Source: Paramecium tetraurelia (Eukaryota). From it: a stretch of 64,000 nt of DNA. Every line of letters begins with the position of its first letter. The stretch's first letter is position 1. Below are positions 54,512-64,000 of this stretch, in pieces. The stretch spans positions 252,981 through 316,980 of the forward strand of contig CT868676.1 of assembly GCA_000165425.1 (NCBI GenBank). Reading direction: 5' to 3'. The position numbers and the translations under genes were made by a program. Below the pieces are notes generated by a model. It was not told the DNA's origin, did no database searches, and worked only from the letters and a program-made list of their open reading frames with translations.

Positions 54512-57500
54512 ATGAATATTAAATAATTGTTTGAACTTTAAGAATAAGATGCTGACAAATTGCCATTGTTATTACAAACAATATCACATTCCAAGAATGA
54601 GGAACACGTCCGTAAAGCAATAAATATAATTCAATAATTCAACCAGGCTTTCAATGCTGTAATCAAAATTATCTAAATTTAAGAATCAATAACTCAGTAT
54701 TATTGACTTTATCAATGAAATCAAAAAGGAATACGATATCGCCATAGACATCAAATTGATATCCACATTGCTTCACATCATTGATATTAACTGGATGCCG
54801 AATTGTACAAAAGTATTTTATTTTAAATATACCCAAAAAAATAGCTTTTCAATTTATTCCTAACGTACACAGTCTCAGAAAACTCTATAGTCTAATAATC
54901 TGCTATCTAGGGAATACTCTTAATCGTCTCACTTATACAAGGAGATTAATTATTAGAGTATTTGGAAATTTTCTTCTTAATCCTCCAAGACAAAAATTAA
55001 ACAAAAATCAACAGCAGCCTAAACACCATCTTTTGTAATTGATTTTGTAATTTAGGCAAGGATATCTTCATAATTCTGCTAAAAAATGGTAGAACACTCA
55101 AGAATTAGGAATTCTACACATCCAAACTATATCATTATTTATTATCCTTAGACATATCGATGCAATCAAATCAATTATCAAGTATCAACTGCTAATTAAC
55201 TTAGAAATTAACTCAATTTTTGTGATATCAAACTACATACTCATGATGGAAGACCACATCTAATTACTAGACTAAATAATCAATTTATACACAAAATCAC
55301 AATAAAAGGACATTTTAAAAATTGCTATTCACGATGCTTTATTGTAACTATATCAAAATGAGCCTATCATTATAAAATTGTTCACTTAGAAAATAAAAAA
55401 TACTTCAAATAGTATCTATAAATTGTTATTTTAGGCTATCACGAATAAATATTTAAAACTATATATAATAGCACTATGCCGCACATTTAAGAATATGAAT
55501 AAATTCAATCCTAAAAATCAAGCAGTTTGATTGTGAATTTCAGCGTTAAATATTTAGAATTTATAAATACTGTTGTATTTAATAAATACATATAGTAATT
55601 AAGTAAATATTAATTATTATCAATTAGCTTCTCTAATTAATATTAACATACAATTCTTGATTACCTAAGATTACGATAAAAATTATGTGTAAATATGTAG
55701 ACCTATGTTTAAACTATTGAAGCAAATCTTGTAAATATCAACTCATTAACAATGCGTGGAGCTGAATGAGTAATTATATAAATGGATTTAATAATCTAAA
55801 AAGGGCCAAGACTTGATGATTAAATTTTTGTCCTAAATTTCAGTACCTGATTTGAATTCTTTTAATTAACGAAAAGAAATCAATAATAATTGGATAATTA
55901 GTTATAACATATTGTGTGAATGTATAAAACATTATATGAGTGAATTTTCACCGAAAATATGGAATTAGATATTCTAAACAATGTAAAGAATTGAAATGAT
56001 CAACTTTTCAAAAGATGAAATAATGAAATTCTTTATCAATTCCTCTGATTATGATGAATAGACATTGATCAAAATTATGGATGGTTTAAATTAACTCGCT
56101 TTATAAATAGTTGAAAAAGTTTAAATAAATAGTAATACAGCTGACATCAATTAAACCTACAAGCAATTTGCAATCGATAAAATTGTACTCATAGTATAAG
56201 TGAATGTTTTTAGATTAGAGAAGATTTGGTAAACTGTAGAAGCTTTGCTATTATGTTTATGCTAATCTAAATCATAGGAAATGAGACTCTACTCTTTGAA
56301 TAGTTTGAAGAGCATTATTTGTTAATGTTTTAATAACAAATATCTAAAAATTGATCTATTCAATGCTATGTATGAATTGATAAACTCGAGGTATGATGAT
56401 GTGGTTGAATATATTATGAATCTGTTGTATTTGTTAATAAAGGAATAGCAAATATCCGATACATTGTATGTTGATTTAATAAAGGTGTTTGAAACATTAC
56501 TAAATGAAAAGGAAGAATTTATACATTTGTTATTATGTTTGAATTGTTTAAGTGAACTAATCTTTAATTAATTAGACTAATTAAATGATTAATGTTTGAT
56601 GAGAATGGCAAGTATTTGTGTGTATCTCACAAAGTATTTGTCGAAATAATACTAAAATGAAATCAAACATAAAATCATTTGTATGTTATGGCAGTTGTAA
56701 TTAAAATCCATTTAACATAAAATAAACAATCCTGGTCTATGGAGTATGTCCTTAAAATTAATCAAGGACACAATGGATAATTAAGATGATTTAAAATTTG
56801 CAGCTTTGCACATAGCTTCTTAGTTATGTTTGAATTCACAAAATGAATAATTTAATGAAATCTATGATTTATTTGAAGAGTTAATGAATAATTGCATCAT
56901 TCAATATTTAAGAGTAGAATTTTAATAAATCAGTTTATTTAGTACCACCCCTAGATTTAATCATAATAATTTAATTGAGACTCCTAAATTCTAGATTTAA
57001 TCAATAAAATTTGATAAGCAAACAGTAAATGAATAATACAAACAATCTTTGGAGATTTTGAAATTATGCATTTCACTTTGGGCTGAAATAGTTATTTAAA
57101 AGCAAAAATATGATAAATTCTATTACCACATCTAATCTTTTAATTAAGCACAATTAGTTTATATCAAACATGAAATCATTATGGTATTGTCAAAGATTTT
57201 GGAGCATTCAACCTAACAAATAGAAATATCCTTGGATATTCTCAATTCTTTATTGGATAACGATTAAATTGACACCCAATATTTTATCGATAATGACACA
57301 TTTCATTATATTTGTTAAATATTGAGCAGAGGATTTGGAAGCCAACAACAAAAGTCATTCATTATTAGTTCCAAATTGATGGCCTTAGTATGTAATGAAA
57401 ATTTCCTATTTGATAATTCAATTTTAAAATCGTATGTCTAGCAATGTTTACCTGGATATGATGTTTCAGAAGAAGATGCCCTTAAATGGTTAAATTTTAT

Positions 57501-58250
57501 TTCAGAATAATTCTCCTCAATAGGAGTTCAGTTGAGATTTCACAAATTATTAGAAATGCTCTGCACTTCCTATGATATCATTATTAGATAAAAATTGACG
57601 GAAACAATGGTTGAACCAACTGTAAAATTCATTAGATCCCTCATAATTTAATTAAATGTAACTATTATTATTATTTTAAATAGAAATGCTAAAGATTTTT
57701 AAATGATAACTCAGAAAGACTATAATTAACGTTTATCAATAAGATTAAATAGTTGATTTCTTAAATAATTACATTCTTAAAATAAGATGTTTTAAGATAA
57801 ATAGTAGAACCAATTCTAATGTAGAATAAGAAGATTTATGAGTGGGTTCAATATTTTCTATCAATCCAATACAATGAAGAATAAGAGATTGTCATAGTCG
57901 AATTAATAACAACGTTTTACATTAATTAGATAGTTACAAAGGAAAATATATCATAATAAACAACAATAATAAACATAATAAGCCTATTTTAAAGCAATAA
58001 TAATCTGAACAATAAGATTTTAGAGACTATCAAGCCTACTTTGTTGTCCTCTATTTATTCTAATTTAGCATAGTTTGTAGAGGAAACAGAAAGAAAAAAT
58101 GAGGAAATTCATAATATGGGTTTAATGCTTGATTTTTTGTATTTTCAAGAATAGATATTGCACCCAGGAATTTTGCAATTTATAAAATGTGAATACTTGG
58201 ATTTGAGATTAAAGGTTGTACAATTGCTTAAGAAGTTTAAGCCTTAGTGA
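54512..58250 (+). CDS. MON2: MON2-like (Sec7/Arf-GEF-related HEAT/HDS) protein
   Basis: HDS-like FINSSDYDEQTLIKIMDGL...FAIDKIVLIVQVNVFRLEKIW. C-terminal LHPGILQFIKCEYLDLRLKV. Several introns. Confidence 0.7.
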
Positions 58251-58343
58251 ATTATTTGTTTTATATTCTTTTGTACTCTTTATAAAAGTGATATTAAATT
58301 ATATTAATTAATATATTTAAACAAGAAATATAATTTTGTTTTT

Positions 58344-59669
58344 ATGGAATCAGAAAATGGTACATTCAAATTGGTTTATGCTATTGTCATGAGTTCACTC
58401 TAACTAATTTTTATTATTCTAACTGTTTATTATTGCACTGCTGTATACAAATTGAGGTTTCAATACCCAATAAAACAATTATCTCCATTATTAACTGTAT
58501 TTTCAGGCGGATTTTATTAATTATTTGCAGCAATTATCTTATTTGTAGATATAATCAATGATTTCTTTGATGATTTTTTCAAAGAAATCGATGAACGATG
58601 TCAATCATAGATAATCTTTATATAAGTAGTTTCATTCTTCTAATTATGGTCAAGAGGTTGCTGTTACACATTGTAATTAATGAAATTTGTAAGAGTTGCT
58701 CTAGCTTTAAAGAAAAAATAATTACAATAAAACTCAATAATAACTAGATTGTTTCAGGATGAAAAAAAGTTATTGTTTGTCTCTTTAATTTAGGGAATCC
58801 TTTTTTTCCCTATTGCAACTTACATATAATGTTTATTAGAATCAAAACCAATGATATAAGCAATGTAAGTGTATAAGGAGCATAAATGTCTTGTTGCAAT
58901 AAGTATTGTTGTGTAAGAGGCACTTACTGTAATAATAATCGGAATCATCTAAAACTAAAGCATTTAGGATAATCTATTTAAATTGACATTGTATCCTCAA
59001 TTTCTCTTCATAATTTGGTATTCTTTAACTACAATACTTCCAATCAATGAGAGAATCATATCATTTTCCTTTTGGCTCAGATGCTAGATTATGGTTGGTT
59101 TATTTGTGGCACTTCCAAAATATTTTGTGGAACAACTACCTAATATTTACATCACAACAAAACAGATCAACAATATTGAAATTATCTTATCTAAGAAATT
59201 TAACAAATTCTATAAAAACAATTTGATACTATCATCTTTTAAGAAATATTTGAATTTCAAGGATAAACACCTTCCCCAGTAGTTTTATTTGGACAATTAT
59301 TAAAACGAATAATTTGTTATCCATCCATAAATAAATTATTATCAAAAACTATTGCACATTCTGATTTTAGTTGATAGTAGTATCTAGCATTGTAGTAATA
59401 ATTACACACTCGTAGATGAGTTTTATAAATTGAAATAAAAATACAATATTTTTTTTAATTATTAGGATTTGTCGTAAGTTTACCTTGGATTAATAAGGAA
59501 TATCAAATAAATCTATTGCAACGAATATTAAAATACAGTAGCTTTTTATAACTTGTATCAAAATTATAAACACAATGAGATAGTCAAGTCGAACTTGGAG
59601 AGGCTCAATATTAGTTTGGAAGAGTTTGAATGCTTTGAAGACACTTAATTAAATTCTCCTTTTTAATGA
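58344..59669 (+). CDS. seven-TM membrane protein with possible C-terminal RGS-like domain
   Basis: About 441 aa. Roughly seven hydrophobic segments, RFQYPIKQLSPLL after TM1, and a helical tail (IEIILS...FKKYL...LYNLYQNYK). Confidence 0.6.
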
Positions 59670-59720
59670 TAATAATATTGTTATATCAATAACCAATAAA
59701 CCTTAAGATTGCTAAATAAT

Positions 59721-60474
59721 TCAACAACAGCCTTTGTCAGAGTTGGCCTCTTATTGTGAGTTTTTTCCTCCTTTTTATTCCTATTTTCCAAAGCTTTGCT
59801 ATGTATACTTTTGAGATAAATGTAGAGATTCTCTAACATTTTATTCAGAATTAGTTCTTATGGGATTATTTTATTGTGACACTTTCTCCAAAGTATTAAT
59901 AAAGATCTACGTGTTTATTAGATTTATACAAATTACATCATCAATATTTTATCCAGTGGCAGCTGAAGTTTCAAAATATAGAGCATTATATTCCATAGCC
60001 TTTTATCTTGCTTCCTCATTTGACACTGTTCTCTCTGCTTCCAAATCTGACATGTTCCCAACCATTGAAATTACAACTCCTTAATCACTATTGTCTTAGA
60101 TATCTTTGACCCATCCTGGAACACTTAAAAATGACTCGCGGCTTTAATAAATTATCAAATAAACCTTGTCAATTTAAATACAATAATGATGGCAGCAGAA
60201 TTTCTATAAAAAGATCTAGCAATGCTTCTGAAAGCTTCTTAGCCTGCCTACCGAATATAAATTATAGATTTCTTACAGTATCCCATATTTAAAGTGTCAA
60301 TGCAGTATCTTGAATCGTCACTTTTTTACTAGCAAATTCAAGACCTATTGTAACATTGTAATCTCTTTAAAATAGATCCTTTGTGTATCTGAGTAAGATT
60401 GAGGATTTTCCTACACCTTGGTCTCCGACTAATATGATTTTGTAAACTTCTTGCGCTTATTAACTTTTATTCAT
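59721..60474 (-). CDS. Rab GTPase
   Basis: KIILVGDQGVGKSS, VTIGLEF, IWDTAGQEAFRSIARSFYR, GNMSD, ETSAATG. Ends CC. Confidence 0.95.
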
Positions 60475-60500
60475 TATAGAAAAGAATTTAATAATTTAAA

Positions 60501-61187
60501 ATGGCTGTTAATCTAAAATTAGGAAATAACCTTTTTACTAAAGAAAGAAGAATAGCAGAGCTAGAAAAAAAAGTAGTTGAATTAGAACATAAAGTCTCAG
60601 AATATGAAAAATTAAACTTTGAATTTTAATTGAGACATAAAGAAGATGAAAAAAATTTATTTGAATTGAGAAATCAAAACAATCTCTTTAAAATTGAACT
60701 AGGGTAGCTTTAAGCTCATTCTTAAAAATTAACAACAGAAAAAGATAAACTAGAAGTTTAGCTAAGAGAAATTAATGGTAATTATGAGAAACTCAAAGAA
60801 AAATAAAAGGAAATTATGAATGTCGTAACAAATCAATCAAATGAAATAAATGAGAATCTCTCATTAATAGATAAACTCAAGAGCGATCTTACTAAAAGTG
60901 AGAATGCCTAGATCCAATTAGAAAAACAAATTCATGAGTTATGCTTGTAAAGAGAGGCCAAAATTGCAGATATCAGAACCTTACAAAAAAATATTCAATA
61001 AAAAGAAAAGTATATCGCCGTTTTGAATAAGGAGAAAGAAAAGAGTGAAGGAAACAAGGATAAAGAAAATAAGATGAAAGAATAAAAAAAGCCAAACTGT
61101 CAATTTAAATCATCAAGTATCATTGATGGTTTGGATGATGTAGAATCGTGTTAAACAATTAATAGATTGAAAAATAAATAGAAGTGA
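60501..61187 (+). CDS. coiled-coil protein (228 aa)
   Basis: Intronless, E/K/Q/L heptad-rich frame from ATG to TGA. Confidence 0.75.
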
Positions 61188-61229
61188 TTAATTATTCATA
61201 TCAATAATAATATAAAATTTAAATTTGAA

Positions 61230-63010
61230 ATGAGTATATCGTTACAAACAATGTTGGAGTAGTTAAAGAATGCCCAAAGGATAGATTTATCTGAAATGTA
61301 CATTGGGGATGATGGAGCAAGATTATTATCAAATTACGTGAAAAACAATAAAAATTTGAAATGTTTAGTATTGAGAGGAAATAATATTACAGCTTAAGGG
61401 TATATATACAATTAAAATTTAGATTTTTGGACATTGTAACAGCATTAAGAGGATGCCCATTGTTAAAGATTCTATCATTGGAATGGAATTAGATAGGTTC
61501 TGATGGAGTTGGAATAGAAACATTAGCTGGATTCTTAGTTTCAAATAAGTCACTTCAACACATTGGTTTATCTAACAATAAGTTAACTGGAGATCAGATC
61601 GAACCTTTGGCAAATGCTTTAAGGTAAAACACTACTCTACTTTCACTTGACTTGAGATGGAATTCTCTTGGAAAGAAGGGAGGAGAATTCTTGTTATCAG
61701 CTGTTGGAGACAATAAGGCAATTCTGTACCTGGATTTAAATGGAGCAGAGATAATATAATAGGATCAAGAAGCGATAGAGGATATTTTAGAATAACATAG
61801 GGCTAGTAATCCAATCTAGAAGGATAGAATTCTATCAATTGATGAGGATGTTGTAGAGGAGGAAGAACCAATGATTAGTGGATTGGCTGGAGCATCAGTA
61901 GTTTAACATTTGGAATAAATGTTGGAGTAAGAGAGAATACATACAATGCACATTAAATAAAGAATGGAGAGAGAGTTAGATGAATTAATGAGGAGGGACA
62001 AGGCAGATACGAGATTGTTGGAAGAACTGGATGCAAAAACTAGATAGTTAGAGTCCGATAATAGGGCTAGTTTATATTAGATTGAGAAATTAAGGGATGA
62101 ATATTAATTGATGGAAAGACAACAAGAGGATGTAACAAGATCGATGGAGGAAAAGATCAGATAGAATGAATTCATCTTGAATGAGTTAGAGAAGAAACAC
62201 AGGACGAATTTGGACAGAGCGTTGAATGAAAATAACTTTAGAGCCAGAGATTTAGTGAGAGATTGGGAGAATAGATGCAGATCGGTGGAGGATAGATCCA
62301 GATAACTTGAATAAGAGAATAGGATATTGGAGGAGGAGTTGCGATCATTATAAGAAAGATAAATTTAATTATAATTAACTTATGATTAAGAATTGAGAGA
62401 TCTTGGCAGAAGAATTTAAGAGGAAGAGTACCAGAAATACCATATAGTTTCAACAACTTTGGATGCCAAAATAAGAGCTATGGAGGAGGCCAGGGACTTA
62501 ATTATCAAGAGGAATGCAGATGCTGCAAGGGAATATGATGAAAGAATCTTAAATGGAAAATAGGAAGTTTAAGTATTGTATGACGAATTGGAGAGACTGA
62601 AAAATTAAAATAAAGATTTTATTCGATAAAATTAAGAGCTAAGACAAAAATGCGATTCTTTGAAGCAATAGGCCAAGGTTAAAGAATCCGCAGTGGAGAA
62701 ATATGAAAGTGAAATCAACACGTTAAATGCACAGATTGAGCAAAAAAGAAAAATGCAATCTGATTCTCTAAATTAATTGCTAAATGAATAGAAAATTGAT
62801 CGTCAGGCTTGGGAAGTAAATATTTGAATATATTTATAGAATGAAAGAATTCAATAAACTGAGAGGATCCATAGTTTGGAAAAAGCATTAAGAGAATCAC
62901 ATGCCGAAAACACTAGATTAAGACAAGAATATTAGAGGTTGGGAGAGCTACTTTAATTTAATGTTTCTAATGCATTGCATCAAGCATTTCAAGACAATGG
63001 ATATTTTTGA
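61230..63010 (+). CDS. LRRC45: leucine-rich repeat plus coiled-coil protein, LRRC45-like
   Basis: RI-type LRRs (LVLRGNNI, LSLEWNQIG, LDLRWNSLGKKGG) followed by a long coiled coil. Confidence 0.7.
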
Positions 63011-63116
63011 TTCAAATTATTATATGATAATTAAATAATCAGGTATCTCTTCATAACAAAAGTCAACGAATCAAATCAGAGATAGAAATCATTAATTTTT
63101 ATATATTTATATTACT

Positions 63117-64000
63117 ATGAGTGAAGGTCAGAACAATAATTCTTACCTAGAAGAAGAATAAACACAAAGAGGATTGAAAAATTGCGAAGCTTTTTGCAAC
63201 AGATTGAGAAGAGACTATCCATCATTATATTAGTAAATTTTAATATGAAATATTTAGATAGCTCGTTGTACTTTTGAAGGATTACAAATAGAACAGATAA
63301 AATATATCTCTCTATTACAGTGAGATAAAAAAGCTCTTTTCTGATTAGCCAGCTGTCATCGAAAATCTGAATAAATTATTTTATCATGATGCCCGCATCA
63401 AATCAAATGATGCGATCTAATAATTAGAGTCCATTTTTAGGCAAGACAAGAATAGAATCAATCTACTAGAGTAAACTAAAAATCTGATTCTCAAGGGAAA
63501 CCTCGACCAACAGTAATAATTAGATGTAATTATAACTTTTATATCATATTCTAGTTAATATCAATCTAATTTAAAGATGATCCAGAAGCACTTAAAGAAA
63601 TTCAAAATGCATTCAAATTGAAGAAGTAGAAGCAGAAAATATAAGTGGATTGGGATGACATCAAAACCAAAAGAGTAAAGCCCAATCCTCCTACCATGGA
63701 AGAAATATAATCATATTAAGCTTATTATACTTAATATTTTTACAATAACGCTTATTAACTACAAGTAAGCAGAGAGATTAAAAATGAAATTATTGTGTTG
63801 GATAAACTAAGATTAAAGTGTTTTAGCCATTTTACATAAGAATCTGATTTTAATCAATTCTTTTATGAATTTGTAAATGTCATTCATTTATATACAGAAT
63901 GCATAATCACTCAATACGAGCTTATGGATATTTTGTCATCACACACATGGATTGATTAAGAGATTATAGATGAACTCAGAATTGCTATTTTCACTAGAGC
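63117..64000 (+). CDS. 3'-partial hypothetical protein
   Basis: MSEGQNNNSYLEEEQ... with tiny introns; runs off the end of the window. Confidence 0.65.

Noticed and set aside
55520..55560. Apparent frameshift in the MON2-like gene
   Set aside because: A 25-nt GTG..TAG intron (55533-55557) explains it.

Overview
This is AT-rich, gene-dense eukaryotic DNA that reads as a ciliate macronuclear chromosome segment, most likely Paramecium. Genes only open under genetic code 6 (TAA/TAG = Gln, TGA = stop) and contain many ~20-30 nt GT..AG introns, so the supplied standard-code ORF track is mostly fragments or antisense shadows. I translated about 35 genes by hand. They include SUMO, five kinases (two CaMK-like, ULK-like, CDPK, DYRK), four Rab-like GTPases, a TBC GAP, Tctex light chain, HSF, aquaporin, copine, MATE, USP, an SLC37-type MFS, SF-assemblin, Amt, ACBP, MON2-like, LRRC45-like and several orphans. 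There is a clear SRP-receptor-alpha pseudogene and other decayed gene-like tracts. The best leads are: a TPR fused to a bacterial/phage-type GT-A glycosyltransferase (43536-44839), a 7TM plus RGS-like protein (58344-59669), a Rab with a natural Q-to-L switch-II substitution, a G-rich eroded zinc finger, and a small six-cysteine secreted protein. Coordinates are hand-derived gene spans including introns. No database searches were run.
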